Shown here: piece after piece, positions 26,745-41,279 of the stretch | Position numbering within the stretch: the first letter of the stretch is position 1 | How the letters are laid out: each line of letters opens with the position of its first letter | NCBI GenBank assembly: GCA_964016885.1 | Contig: OZ024740.1 | Location: 267,654,001 to 267,718,000, forward strand | Source: Eledone cirrhosa | Taxonomy: Eukaryota | Reading direction: 5' to 3' | Length of the DNA: 64,000 nt | Notes under the pieces: model-generated | What the model was told of the DNA's origin: nothing | The model's database searches: none | Seen by the model: the letters and a program-made list of their open reading frames with translations, nothing else | Program-made: the position numbers and the translations under genes

Positions 26745-27245
26745 CTTTCTTTATTTGCCACAGGGGCGTACAAAAGTAGGACATTACAAGACGTGATGGT
26801 GGGGGTTTTACATAAAAATCATATAACTTTAACATTAATAAATAACAATAAACTATATATAATAACATAACAATTGAAATCCCCAACAGGGGGGAACGTT
26901 ACTGCAGGGTTATTTTACACCCCGTGAATAGAACAACCCTCAACACCAGGAGCACGTTTTGTAGGTGTTCCTGTCTTCCCTCTGTTTATCTTCCTCAACC
27001 TACAGGTTTATATACAGAGAAGGCCCATTCACTCGGGCCATTTTCACTACATTCACCCACCTTTCAGCGAATTTACTGGGGTGTAGCACCTCTCTCTCCT
27101 TCCTTCTGAAGTGGTACTTAAAGAAGGGGATAAGTTGTTGTCTGGAGAGAAAGGTGTTTGCCCTCAGTCCTTTTAACCTCGTCCACCATATTACCTCTTT
27201 CACCATAGCCACGAGACAGAGGAAAACCGCCTGATAGATAGATAT
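26745..27245 (-). mobile_element. Tx1/L1-like LINE 3' fragment
   Basis: Peptide VKEVIWWTRLKG...FFKYHFRRKEREVL...FAERWV with an aataaagaaa end; homologous to 16010-16470. Confidence 0.6.
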
Positions 27246-27762
27246 CAATTTGGGTGAGAATAAGAACCACATGTTTACTTACAAACCTCAAATCTTGTAT
27301 CAATCTTTTTCCAGGTAACAATATTACCCTACCAAGCATCTGTTGTTCCCTTTAGTTAAATGAAGTACTTAAATGTTACTTCTATTTCTAACACTGCTAC
27401 TTCCACCTTCCGGAGCAATGTCTTCTCTATCTTGTCAGCCAGGACCACAAGGCAGACTGACCCTTAAGTTTCAAGAATGGTGATGGCACATGGAATAGAT
27501 TTAGTTACATAAGCATGAGTAGATTGAGAAATGAAACAAGATTCATTTTGTATACAAATTTGTATGTTACATTTTTTTACTTCTAGCTGTTGTTTTGAGC
27601 ATCTCACCTGCTTCATAGTTAATTTCTCAGTTACACACAACCCTAACATATAGGTGATCAACTATTGTTTAACATATTAAAGAATTACATCTGAATTCAG
27701 TGTTTACCATGAGAAATATCCAGTTGGAAAGCATTTAGTCATTGGTCTTCCCATTCAATGCT

Positions 27763-27990
27763 TAACTCTTTAGCATTCTCATTACTCGATATTTACAATT
27801 GTATTTTCACAATAAAGGCTTTAACTCACATAATCATTTCACATAATGTCGAATCTATGAGATTTTGATATTATTTATTTTGAAAACAATACCTTAACAT
27901 TGGTATGAGTGGCTGATTATGGCTGGTTTGAATAGAAAGAGGTGAGAGAATTCTGGCCAGATACAGCCGGTTTAAATGCTAAAGGGTTAA
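27763..27990. mobile_element. piggyBac-like MITE
   Basis: TTAA-ctctttagcatt ... aatgctaaaggg-TTAA; internal sequence similar to 32359-32587. Confidence 0.8.
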
Positions 27991-29024
27991 CCTGGGCATC
28001 CAGCCATAGAAACCAAGTCAGAAAGAATTCTATAGGAGCAAGACATGGTCATCTGATCTGACCTATCTCACGACAACAACATCTGATATTTATATTTTCT
28101 GAAAAGCAAATTTGACTCTGATGGGAATTGTTATATGATAAGTGAGAGAGACTAAGGTAAAGACAGAAATACATCTAGTCTGGTAACTTGTGGTGCAAAG
28201 AAGTCTATCCTAATATAAAATACCTGCTTCCTTCAAATATCTAAAACTTGTAACTAGTTAAGGGTTAATGGAATGGATTTTACAAGTTTTACAAGATTTT
28301 AGGTGCAACTTTTTATGGCCCTTCCCTTTTCTGTACAGACTACATATGAATTCAGACATCATAGAGTATTATTTTTCTAGCAGCCATGAAACTGTTTTAA
28401 AATTGTTTCTTGAGCTGGCTTAGCTTAAAACTAGATTAGATTATAATTTTATCCTGTCAAAGAAACTCAAATACATAGCTTTGGTGCATATGAATTATGT
28501 TTGATGTTCCTTTTATAATTGTCAGTCTGCCATTTCTATAGTTGTTATGTTTGTTAGAAAGTAATGTTTATATACTTATATTTATGCATGAATGTGTATG
28601 TCTTCATCATCATCATTTTACATCTGCTTTTCCCTGCTTGGATATGGTGTCTCTGTGTTTACCTGCATGCATGGATGTAGTCTTAGATATTTCACTTTGA
28701 TTTCTTACCTAATGATGCTACTCTAACTCCAGCAAAACCTCTGTCTATGCATTCTCTCCAAGAATTCCAACCAAACTGAAGATCTACTGTAAACTTACAA
28801 TATTTCCTCAGAAATATAAACACCAACAAATGTATATTTGCAAATGTAGAATTGCAATCATGGGGATCCTAGTTTGATCCTATAGTATAGCCTCTTATTA
28901 ACACTCAGGTACTTAGAAATGTCATTATGTAAGGTTGGTGAATGAGAAGAAAGCATAGGAGAGAGAAACTACACTAAGTAGACTTAACAGAGAGAGAGAG
29001 AGAGAGACTACACTAAGTAGACTT

Positions 29025-30225
29025 AACAGAAGGGCTAGTCATTAAATTTAACAGCTAAAAGATCAATTAAGGTTCTGAAGATAGAGAAATCTGAGATGCT
29101 GAAAATATCTGGCAAAGTAGGAAATGAGCCAGTCACTTGTATAATCAATCAGGTAATACAGGGAAGTGTTATACCCAGTGACTGGTGTAAATGTATCATC
29201 AGATACTGCTATAAGCACAAATAAGCTATTCTACAAAGAAGCAATTACACGGACATCAAATTGATGGACCAAGTTATAAAAGTAGCAGAAAATATTACAT
29301 TGCAAATGATTAAGAAGACAATTAGCAAAGATGAAATACAGGACAAGATAGCATAGATGTTATCTTAGCAAGATAACCATAGAAGTTCTTACCTAAGCAC
29401 AATCCCTTATTCTTATCTGTTGATCAGTAGAAGAGCTTTTCATAGGGTAACAGATTCTGTAGTCTCGAAAAAAAGTTTTAAGTCTGTCTCAAGCCTGGAG
29501 GCTTATCAGGCTCATCCAAGTTTCTGTGGTGTCAAGTAACTGAGAATACAAGACTACCCCCTGGACAGGACAATAGTCCATCTTAGAGTTAAACCCCTAG
29601 TTATTGCTGGTACTCATTTTCAACTGAGTATACTGGAGCAATGTGAAATGAAGTGTTTTGCTGTAGAACACGACACACAACCTATTCCAGAAATCAAACA
29701 CACATCATTGTGATTGGAAGTCCAACACATTTACCATTAGGTTTAAGACTGGCTATTTGGGAACTTCTGTGTGCTGATGACCTACGTTTGAGAACTGAAT
29801 CTGTCAAAGAGAAGAAACTCCATATATGGAAACAAGAGCTCAGAACTGAAAAGAATTAAAGTAAACTTAACAAAGACAACAGCTTTAGTTATAGAGAAAA
29901 AAGATAGCACTTTGTTGCCATGTCCTGCTGTGTTTGATATGCAGAAAAGGTGTAGGCAGGATTTCCATCTATACTATGTATCAAATGTAAACTGAGTTCG
30001 AAAGAGATGTAGTGGTATCACAAGCAGGCTTATAGAAAAGGACTTTATTTGCAGCAGGCACAGGAGTAGTTTGCAGTAAGAGCATTCACAAACTAGAATA
30101 TATATATATAAGGTACACTCAAAATTTACCAATATCCTAGGTTTCTAGTTGACATACTATAGACTATGGTTGATGAAGGCTCTATGAGTGAAAGTTTGTA
30201 GTTAGAAACTGTACAGAAGTGTGTG
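29025..30225 (+). pseudogene. Old degraded relative of the RTE RT region, interrupted by a SINE-like insert (about 29475-29740)
   Basis: Similar to 9500-10620, for example gagatgctgaaaatatctggc, gactggtgta, tgggaacttctgtgtgctgatgaccta (WELLCADDL) and aaaagagatgtagtggtatcac, with many stops and frameshifts. Confidence 0.85.
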
Positions 30226-30237
30226 TGTTTGTATAAA

Positions 30238-30333
30238 TAAACGGTGTGTCCCAAAAAATGTATACACCATTCTAATAAATATTGCCTGTACAGGTAATCA
30301 AAGTATGTATACAATTTTTCAGGACACCCTGTA
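30238..30333. mobile_element. Tc1/Mariner-type mini-MITE
   Basis: cggtgtgtcccaaaaaatgtatacac ... tgtatacaatttttcaggacaccctg followed by TA. Confidence 0.65.
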
Positions 30334-30390
30334 TGTGTGTGTGCTCTCATCTGTGTTAATGCTTACACCCCATAACAACCAATATTATTT

Positions 30391-30578
30391 CGGAGTGGCA
30401 GTATCGGTAGAGTGTCAGACGCCCTGCTTTGACGCATAGAGTTACGGCCCTTGCCGTTCTGAGTTCAAATCCCGCCAAGGTTAACTTTGCCTTTCATCCT
30501 TACGGGGTCGATAAAATAAAGTACCAGTAATGCACTGGGTAATCGCTGGCCTTTGTGCCAAAAGTAGAAACAATTATT
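30391..30578 (+). mobile_element. tRNA-derived SINE family B
   Basis: A-box-like tggcagtatcgg, B box gagttcaaatccc, core aactttgcctttcatccttacggggtcgataaaataaagtaccagt. Further copies at about 11587, 16910, 25048, 26443, 31480, 37820, 48400, 48520, 56635 and 61790. Confidence 0.88.
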
Positions 30579-30927
30579 TCTGTATAATAACTGCAGTCTG
30601 AGAAATAGAGACTAATGAAATAAGTACCTGACTTTAAAATAGTTACTAGGCTGATATGATTGACTAAAATCTTAAAGGCAGTGCCCCAGTATGGCAGCAG
30701 TCTATTGACTGAAACCAGTAAAAGAATAACAAATACACACACAAATTCATAGAAGCTCACACATATGAACACAAGTATGTAAAAATCTATTCATACACAC
30801 TCACACTTACTAAAGTACATATCCTTTTATAAATGCACACATAGCTGAATACTCTAAAAAGAATAAGAATACATATATATATGTGAGAGATTGTATAAGA
30901 ATGTGTGAAAGAGAGGATGAGATAGAT

Positions 30928-31016
<89 letters not shown>

Positions 31017-32358
31017 AGAGAGAAAGGTAGGAGATGTAGAGGGAGATACAGAGAGAGAAAGAATGAGAAGAAGAGAGTGATAGTGAGAAAAGAAAAAGAT
31101 AGATAGAGAATGGGGAAATGTGGTTATTTGTATGTGCATACATGTGTGTTAGTATGATAAAGGAGAGAGCACATTAACCATTGATGTAGAGCAGGGGGAA
31201 ATAACAATTACTGTTAAGTAATCCAAGGAGATGAGACCTTGAAGATATGAAAGAATTCAATAGCAAAATTGGTAATATATTTAATCAGAAACTATTGACA
31301 CTAGCCATTGATTTCTATCAAAATACTATTTCAAAGTAAGATGCATTTTCTGATTTTATTTTCTCGTGTGCAGTTTCTTTCCTTAAAAATCTGCAACCCA
31401 ATTTAAATAATATTTATAAAAACAAAAATAAAAAAATAAGTATTATGTAATTCTATTTAATAATTATTTAATATGTAATGGTTTGGGATTTAGGCACAAG
31501 GCCAACAATTTTATGGGGAGAGGAAAGTTGATTAAATCAACCCTGGTGCATTACTGGTGCTTTATTTTATCAACCCCATAAGGATAAAAGGCAAAGCTAA
31601 CCTCAGTAGGATTTGAATTCAGAATGTAAATGACCGTAACTCTATGCTGCAAAGCATATTGTCCGACGCTCTACCAATTCTGCCAATCCACCAGTATTTG
31701 ATTAGATTGTTATACCAATTGAAACTGGTTGCAATATGGGCATGGCTTAATAAAACCTTTTAATGGGATATTACAGCCTATAAACGGTTAAAAGGACACA
31801 AATTTAATAGGGGGTTGAAAGATAAAAGCAAAATTATGTAATGAGAGAATGGGTAACGGGTAAAGAAGGGTAGATCTTGCTGTATCGGAAAGTTGAGGAA
31901 AGGACTACAAATGCCAGCTTAACAATATTTGCAAATAATTGTTATTTTGGTTATGGAACTAACCCTAGTGATGGTGAAAAGACAGAAGCTTCTGTGGTAG
32001 GATCACATATCCTGCCATGACTCTCTCCTTGAAAACTCTTCAGGGCAGAGTTAAGGGAAAGAGAAGAAGAGGTAGACAAAGGAAATCGTGGTCTGACAAC
32101 ATCAAGGACTAGAAAGGTCATAGTACTGTGACCTTATTGCATGTGATGGAGAATAGAAACCAGTGGCACATGCTGACTGTGAAAACATTTAGAGAGCCCC
32201 TCCCTCCACCACCGACTAACTACACCAGTTGTAGAAATTTGATTATTTGATTGAGTCTTGTTATAGTTATTATTAATTGTTTTAAAACCATAATGGGCAA
32301 ATTGGCACAACCGGTAGAGCAACACACAAATGGTTGATAAATAAATATTTTCCCTGCT

Positions 32359-32587
32359 TTAACCCTTTAGCATTTACATTACTGTGAAAATGTAATAGTA
32401 AATATAAAGTAAAAGCTTTACCCCCACATACTTATCTCACATAATATCGAAGCTATGAGATTTTGATGTTATTTATTTTGAGAACAATACCTTAATGTAG
32501 GTATGAGCAGCCGGTTACAGCTGCTTTGAACAGAAAGAGGTGAGAGAGTTCAGGCCGGTACAGCCGGTTTAAATGCTAAAGGGTTAA
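32359..32587. mobile_element. piggyBac-like MITE
   Basis: TTAA-ccctttagcattta ... taaatgctaaaggg-TTAA; a sibling lies at 27763-27990. Confidence 0.82.
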
Positions 32588-34439
32588 ATACATATAGACA
32601 CACACACATATATATATACAATTTTAACAACATAAAAATGAATATTAAGCATCCTTTTACATATTTCAAGTTAGTTAAACCTCTCATGACAGTATTTCTA
32701 ATAAAATAAACCTTAGTGAAGGATTTGAATTAGTGAAGGATTTTGAGGAAATTACTATAATTATTAAGAGTTTGTAAATAAAAATTATTGGCAGGTTCTA
32801 ATATGAGCATGAACACTTTAAAATGAATGGCTGTCTCACAGAAGCAGAGCTGGTTTTGATTGGGTTGGTATAAAAGGGTTAACCAAATTTACAAACAAGA
32901 ACCAGCAATCAAAAGCTAAAGATTATTATGATTATCAGTGAAAAAATGATATTGATCTGAATTGTCAAGAGTCCAGACCTCATTTGCTTACAGAGTTGAG
33001 TAGGACTCATCAGATCTGACCAAGGAAACAATGTTTCCATTCGTCTTTCCAATTGCTGATACTATCTACCAGTTGCAGCTCCTGGACAAAGGAGCAATGT
33101 GAAATAAAATGTCTTGCTCGAGGACATAATGCTTCACCTAGCCTGGGAATTGAACTCACAACCTCACGATTGTTAATCCAACTCTCTTACCACTAAGCCA
33201 TGTACCTTCACAAGAAAGATATAATGATGAGAAAATAAATTAGAATTCATCCAATGCTGCTAGTGCTGATCATTAGCAATCAAACCAGTTGATGAAACTT
33301 CAATAAAATTCACTAACATTAACAGATCATCAGACCAAAAAATTAGATTTGAAAATAAATAAACAGCTCCTGTCCAACAAAACATAATGAAGCATGCAAT
33401 TGCATTTCTGAAAAACTCCAACCAACAATATATATATATATTTAATTCTTTCAGTCATTGAGTAAAACTTGTAAAGTCAGACATGATCATCATCATTGTT
33501 TAATATTCACCTTCTACGAAAGCATGGGTTAGACGGGTTGTTCCATTTGAGGCAAGTTGGGTCAGGTGACTCTATCCTGCTCATACAGAACTGTTCCTGG
33601 CTAGATTTCTACAGCTGAGTGCCCTTCCTAACACCAACCTCATATGCAGTGTGTACTGAGTGCTTTTTGCCAAGACTCCCTACACAAACACATTACAGTG
33701 TGGACTGGACACCATATCATCATCACCATTTTACGTCCGTTCTTCCACGCTAGCATGGGTTGTCCTGTTGTGGGCAGTGCCCAGTCGGCTGACATTGTTT
33801 TGCTCATACAGGAACTGATTCTGGCTTGATTTCTACAGCTGGATGTCCTTCCTAACACCAACCTAATTTACAGTGAGTGCTGGGTGCTTTTTTGCCGTGG
33901 CGCCTACACGTCCACTTTACAGTGGGAGAGGGTGGGGGAATATTGTCTATATGCTTCAGCTTTGGCTTGTTCCCATGGAAAGTCGGGTCTTCTGTATTAC
34001 TGTGTGACGCCAGAGGTCACAGTCGTGTGTAATCGCCCTTGAGAGGTGCAATTGGGTAAGGTTGCCTTATATATACTTATGTATCTATATGTATGTATAT
34101 CTTATTATTATTTTGTTCCACCCCCTTATGGTTGACTGAAATAGGAGGGTACTGGCAGCTGCTTCTAGCAAATATATTACTCATCAAACATCCAGCCTTT
34201 ATCTCCTTTCTTTGACCATTATAGCACACAACAATTTTCAATCCTGAGAATTTTTCACTTGTACCAGTCAGTTCAAACATTAGGCCTTTCATTTGAGGGG
34301 TCTCTTGAAAAGCCAAGAGCCTCATGGACCTAGTGCACTTTGATTGCATACTAGTTGGCAAAACTGTAGTCGTGACTTTGAAAAAAAAATTAGGTATATT
34401 TTGTCTATTTTCTCTTCACATTTATAATTGTTACACACA

Positions 34440-34980
34440 CAGGGCGATAAAAATAGACGGTAGCCACGGAGTAGGCAGACCCAGAAAAACCTGGGACGAC
34501 TTGATAAATTCCGACCTCACACACTTACACCTCTCCAAGACAATGTCACTGGACCTAGATCTTTGGCGCTACACAGTTATACAGAAGACCCGCCTTGCCT
34601 AAGTACAAAGTGAAACCTACAATCAGTAGGCACCTCTAACAAAATACACCCCCGTCCCACTACCCCCACCCCCATCCACACCCTTAAATGTGAAGTTATG
34701 TTGGTACCACAACATCCAGTCCGAAACAAATGAGGTCGTGTAGGTGTCACGACAAGAAAACACACAGTCTACGCTGTAATGTGGCCGTGTAGGTAGCACG
34801 GTAAAAACCTCCCAGTCCACACTGTAAACGTGGTTGGTGTTAGGAAGGGCATCCAGCCGTAGAAAACCCGCCAGACAGTCCTGAGCAAGACAACCAATCT
34901 TGCCTCAAGTGGGACAATTCCCGTCCAGACCCATGCTAGCGTGGAAAATGGACGTTAAACGATGATGATGATGATGATGA
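34440..34980 (+). mobile_element. 5'-truncated copy of the RTE LINE (ORF end, 3' UTR, (TGA)n tail)
   Basis: Closely matches 10959-11489 and encodes RAIKIDGSHGVGRPRKTWDDLINSDL... Confidence 0.93.
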
Positions 34981-35183
34981 TATATATATACACACAGACA
35001 CACACATAGAGAGAGAGAGATGTAAAATCCTGACTGTGGTGCCAAGCAGTTTAGGCTTGTGTGTCACAAGCCGAAAACGGTTGCCGCTGTGATCGCGATT
35101 TTACATATCATGATACCCACTCTGCATCTCCTCATGCATTGAGTATTCTCATGATTAGTGGTCTCCCCAGTCTCGACACCACA

Positions 35184-35221
<38 letters not shown>

Positions 35222-38200
35222 TATATATATATATATGGATATAATAATAGGTGAGGCAATCAGAATCTGAACAAGATAGTCAGGAGAGAATGAATTCCAG
35301 AAAAGAAAGAAATAATGTTTCAAGAACAAAAAAAGCAACTGATATATTAAGAATTGATATGAAATTGTGGTAAGATGTGATAAGACTTTAGATGTTGTAG
35401 AATGTAAATAAAGGCATAAGGAAATTAGTTTCTTCACAGCACATAAATAAATGGAAGCAGCTGATGTCTAGTATAGAACATTTTTCAGAAGACTGTGTCA
35501 ATTCTTTAATAGACTACCTATACAGATTTGAACAAGAGCCATCGCAGGTGCCTGCCTTCCTGTGGTCTCTTGACCTGAAAAATACATTAAATTTTCCTAA
35601 AATCACACCTTGGTGTCTTAACACAAGGGGAAGGTCACATTTCTAAACGTACTGCAGAAGACTGTCAATTCTCTAATAGACCACATATACAGGGGAACCA
35701 TTTGTCAATGTAGTCTTTCTGGATCTTGATGATCAAGGATCATAAGTTTATCTCAAAGACATTGAACACTCAGTTGTTTGATAAACTGGGCAGCTGACTC
35801 ATTAAATACATGTGTTAGGGATTGAGTATTCTACAGATGCATGTGCTTACGATGTAACTCTCAGGTCAAATATACATAACACAAATATGATGTGAGACAA
35901 TGTTGACTTATGAATTACAGATACAATCTCACCTGACGGAATTCAATATAGTTTCCATCTACTCAATTTTACTCACAGGGTTTGGTTCAACCTAGGTTCT
36001 AAAATAGAGACACTTGCTCCAAATACCACCAAGCAAGATTAAACCTGAACCTCATGTTTGCAAAGTGAACCACTTATCCACTGAGCCATATCTGTGTCCA
36101 TTGTAAAAAAAAGATGTGATGGTCATGGCTGGAATTCTTTTGATCAAAATTATATTCAGTCATGTTTTTATCTTACTTGGTAGGCCTGGAGGAAAAGGCA
36201 GTGTCTATGGCATTAGAAGATCCTATGAGAATGACAGGGATAAACAACAATAATAACAACACTTATTTTTGATTGATTCACAGTTGAAAATAAGAATACT
36301 TGTCATTGTTTTTTAGGCTCAGCTCAGCCTTCAGTAACTTGATAGGTTTATGATCAAAGTCATTCCTGTCATGCCTACCTCGTTTTGTTTTTGATGTATT
36401 ATTAATGAACGTATATTTAGTACTACATTACATACATATCTTTCTTTTTGTTTTAAGACTGTAGGGTGTATGACTTGAGGTGGGGATTTAGCTGCTATTT
36501 TCAGCAGATCAAATGACTTCATAGAGGCTGCCTTCATTAATTATTCTTTTTGGAAGGAAGCTGCAGTAGAAGAAGACCAAGAAAGACCTGTGCACAGGTG
36601 TGTGAGAGCTGATCTCAAATCTCTGAGACTCACAGAGGAGATGAAGGACCATGGTGAATGAAGAGATGCTGTGCTTAGAAGGACATGTCCAACCTATGCA
36701 AGTATGGATAGTTGGTCGTAAAAATGATGATGATGATGGGATGATTTTGACATGGGAAAGGTTGCTGGCTATCAGTTAACATAGTAAGTTTGTAATTAGG
36801 ACCCTGGCTCAGATAAATGGCAAAGTTTAACCAATATAATTTGAGGCTTACTACTTGAATTTCTCATTTTCTCAAGGCAAATTAGGTGTTGCTTGAACTC
36901 AGCAGTGCCAATTAACAAAATCATTATTTATGCAATCATTTCACTGCTTACAGCAGAAAGCTGCACATACAACCTGCTATCATTTTACAGCTAGGTGGAC
37001 TGAATATTTCACAGTTGTCTTTTTCATAACCAATTTGCAGTTTTGCTGATGAGATGTATGTATGTATATATATAAGAATTTTTTTTTTATAATATATATA
37101 TATATATATATATTTGTATCTATGTATGAGTCATCACCCATCTGCTGATAATACAACACCCTACTAATTCAGTCATATCTGGCTGTCAAGAACAAAACTA
37201 AGAAATTTTCACTTTGCAGGAGGCAATTAGTTTAAACGATGCTATAGATAACTCCTTATCTGCCTTCTTTTAGGTGCAGGAAACATTATTTCTGTAACAA
37301 AAACTGAAGTCACCTATGTTTAAGATATAACACAAAGTATTTGTTATACACCATGTAAAGATCCATGTACCTGACAGAGCACACCAAAATACATACGAGC
37401 CAAGGTTTTACTCCAGCATGGGGAGATGTGTATGATAAATAAAGTTTTAAAAAATAACAACAATGTTTTTCTAGGGGAAATTTGATATTAACTAGTAGCA
37501 AAAGTTAGCTACCAGTATAAAAGTATATTTATAAGCATCATCAGGTTTTTGTCCCCTTTTTCATTCTAGCATGGGTTGGAAGAGACTTTTTGTTGGATGC
37601 TTTTCCTGATGCCCATACTGTATTATAAGCATGGTTGGTATATTTCATGGACGTTCGCTGAATTGCTATAGGGTGTATTGTTTATAGTGGACATAAACAA
37701 ATGTTACCACTGACTTTTGAACTCAGAATCTAAAAATCCTGAACAAATACCACAATGACATTTTATCTGGTACTCTACCGATTTTGCCAATCCACCACTC
37801 TTATTATTATTATTATTAAGATTGGAAGTATCAGTAGAGTGTTAGGCAACATGCTTTGCAGCATAGAGTTATGGCTCTTTACATCCCGAGTTCAAATTCC
37901 ACCGAGGTTAGCTTTGCCTTTCATCCCTATGGGGTGAATAAAATCGACTTTGCCCTCCCCTTAAATTGCTGGCCTTGTGCTTAAATCAGAAACCATTATT
38001 AATATTAATATTATTTTCATCAATATTATCTATTCAAACATTACCAACATAAATATCTGATCACCATCAATCATTTGTATCACTTAATACCATATAGATT
38101 AGTGTGTAATGAATAATAGTGAGAAAGAATAGGAGGTCTTTTAACAATATTTATGAAATGCTTCTTATCATTCAGATAATTTGTGAATATTTCATAGATG

Positions 38201-39029
38201 CATTATCATTGGAGGATGGCTGATGTGAAAGCATTTCAATATGAAGTGATGTGCAATATTTGCTTATCAAGCAAAGTATGTTTATTCAGTCAGTACCGGA
38301 GCAGAGATTCAATTTCATGTTTGCTGAGTGTAATAGCATGAACAGAAGAACACTAATATAAGTACACGTTGGCACACACACACACCACACACACACACAC
38401 CTGCACACATACATATACACAAAATAAGGGACTAATATCTCATGAAAAATACAACTTTTTAAAAGAAGGTAATGGCAATTAGATAAAATATGCCAGAAAG
38501 TTTGATACAAATACAAACTGTAGGAAATCTAAAAGGGAACATAAATTATTAATGGAGTTAGTTGGTTTTATTTCATCTGATTTTTTTTTCCTTCTGCTTT
38601 CTTCTCTTTCTTTTTCATGTTAATCTGAGCCATATACTGGTGGTGGTGTTGGTAATGCACACATTGTATTGTTATCATGTTATATCACAATTAGTGAGAT
38701 GTTAACCCCTCCAGCTAATTTTTGATGTCAGCCAATAGACTGCTTGACAACAGCAATAGTTACCTTCTTCAGAAAAGTAAAACTTGAGTCAGATGATTCT
38801 ATTCTTATCTTTCTTCAGTAAGCAATTTACAACAATCTTTTATACTAAGTTTTCTTTTGTATGTGAACCCCCACCACCACCACCACCAAAAAAAAAAGTA
38901 AATAGTTTTCACTAATAGTTTTTCAGTTTTCACTTCTCTAAATTGTCCATTTTCTTCACTTCTATTTTTGTATATTCATATTCAAATTATTTAACATAGT
39001 GGATTATAAAATTCAGTTTCAACATTCAG

Positions 39030-39520
39030 TAATCAAAAGAAGGGAGGTAGGTGTAAAAGCCAAACTTTCTATTGTCAATTCGGTATTCCTGCCAACCCTT
39101 ACCTATGAATTTTGGGTAATGACCAAAAGAATATAGTTGCAAATACAAGCGGCTGGAATGGGGCTCCTCTGAAGGATCTTTGGAGTAACATAACTCGATA
39201 GAGTGCATAGCTTAGAGATAAGAGAGTTTCTCCAGGTAGAGTTGCTACTTCTTCAAATTGAGAGATCACAGCTCCAATAGTATGGGCATGTGGTTAGAAT
39301 GTCTCAAGAAAGAAGTGCTGGACAGATTTTATGGGCAAAATCAACCAGCAGGAGACCCCTTGCAAGATGGCTGAATGACATCCATGAGCTCACCTGGTCT
39401 TGCTTGAGGATCCAACCAGATCAGTTGGAAATAATTACTTCTGACAGGATCTGCTGGAAAAGGTGTTTGAGGACTATGCCCCCATGGACCTTTCAGAAAT
39501 ATGTAATGAAGAAGAAAAAG
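39030..39520 (+). mobile_element. RTE-like 3' fragment, same family as 12880-13665
   Basis: Matches the reverse complement of 12890-13360; remnant peptide VRMSQERSAGQIL...RRPLARW. Confidence 0.75.
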
Positions 39521-40083
39521 ATTTAAAATTTTCTTTATGAAAATAATTATGATATCAGTGAAGAAAGGTATATTTACAGTGTTATTAAACAGAGATGGAG
39601 AAGTTATTAACTCTAGCAATATCTCTAGTTCAGTAGTTTCAACATTCTATTTCAGTGAAGTAACAGTGTTTTTTGTGTAAGTAATGGGTTTGCCTGAAGT
39701 TTAAGATTATTTATTCTTGAGTTTGTTATAAGAAACAGTAGATGTTTGTCTTATTTAGGGCTTAAAAACCATTAAAATTGTAGTGTTTGTTGTTTGATTT
39801 TTTTAGCAAATTAAGCCATAGGTAGTTTCTACTAGATTCATACATAGAATGAAGTGCCAAGTGTTTCAAGTTGAGAAAAGTTGCCAAAAAGGAAGATCAA
39901 GAAAACTGAGGCAGAAATGGTGAGAGTGGATCCCAAAGTACTGAATGTCACAGAGAAGATGATGAAGGAATGTAACAAATAGGCCCACCCAACACCTGCA
40001 ACCATGATAAACTGGACATAAAAATGATGATGATGATCCTGATACAATGGTTCAATTTTAGAAGAAAGGAGAAATATCTAAAA

Positions 40084-40290
40084 CAAGCATAACAAACATG
40101 TGGCTTGCAGGCCGCATGCAGCTCTTTACAAGCACACCTGCGGCTCGCACAAAGGTTTTTACAGCACAAGCGTAATGTAAAATAAAAAAATATTAGTGGT
40201 AATGTGTGCAATTAGTTGTCATGTGTGGCCCTCAGACAACACATATGTGAGCCATGTGGCCCTCAAGGGATCCTCAGTTTGACATGCTTG
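40084..40290. mobile_element. hAT-type MITE with 8-bp TSD
   Basis: TIRs caagcataacaaac / gtttgacatgcttg, tgtggccc subterminal repeats, and flanking direct repeat atctaaaa (40076-40083 and 40291-40298). Confidence 0.85.
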
Positions 40291-41279
40291 ATCTAAAATA
40301 AGTTAACTAGGATCATCATTTTTCGGTCTATTAAAAAAAAAAAAAATCAACTATTTATGTCTACACACTGTTTTGATCAGTTTGACCTTTAATCATTATT
40401 CAATATCAAACTCCTTTACTCAAGTAAGACCTATTCATTCCTATCCTAGGCCACATAACACCTGATGATGATCTGAGATTAAATCAATCAAAACACAGTG
40501 TAGGTGTAATTATTTGTAATATAAGGGAAATGACATATGATATAGTCACAACTGAGATTCAAAACCAAGTTTTAAACTCAACTTATCAGCTGCTTACAAG
40601 TGTTTATTGTCTTATCTCAACTCTGTCATGTTAACTTGATTTAAATGTTTGGATGGTTAACAAGTAAAATTGACTAAGTAGATATGATAGTTGACTACTA
40701 GCAAATAAATCTTTAGTTCAGTTCCAAGATGACTAACTAGTAAAATTGACCAAGTGGATATGATAGTTGACTACCAGTAAACAGATATTGAGTTCTGTTC
40801 CAAGACAGACATTGTGTATTTGTGCAGAAGATTTAATGCCTGCATGTTTCAGTTCAACTTGCTGTCAATGAGAGAGCCACTACATAGTTGCTTACTCAGC
40901 TAGAAAGAGCAGCTGAAGGAAAGATACATTAGGTAATGCTGTCTTGAATACACTATGTTTGAATAAAAGATAGGATGGTCATGGGTGGAATTCCTTTGAT
41001 TATAGGTCTGTCTGATTTTAGGGATTAGTTACAATAATTAGCTGTCAAGAATAGGTACCAAATTCTATAGGAAAGTTGCCATCGTGAGTAATATCTATTC
41101 AACTCTTAACATACTCCTACCAAGCCTCTTGGATTTTAGAAAAGATTAAGAAAGTTTTTAAGTTGACATTATGTTATGCTGTATAGCTATTACTTTAACA
41201 TATACTCTCCTTACCACATATTTATTTATATTGAAAAATGGCATAACTGCTTTGGGATTTGCTCTGACACTATCATCAC

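Noticed and set aside
40655-40806. Local direct duplications (also 2220-2430, 28960-29030, 35480-35695, 61655-61770)
   Set aside because: Ordinary two-copy duplications with no further structure.
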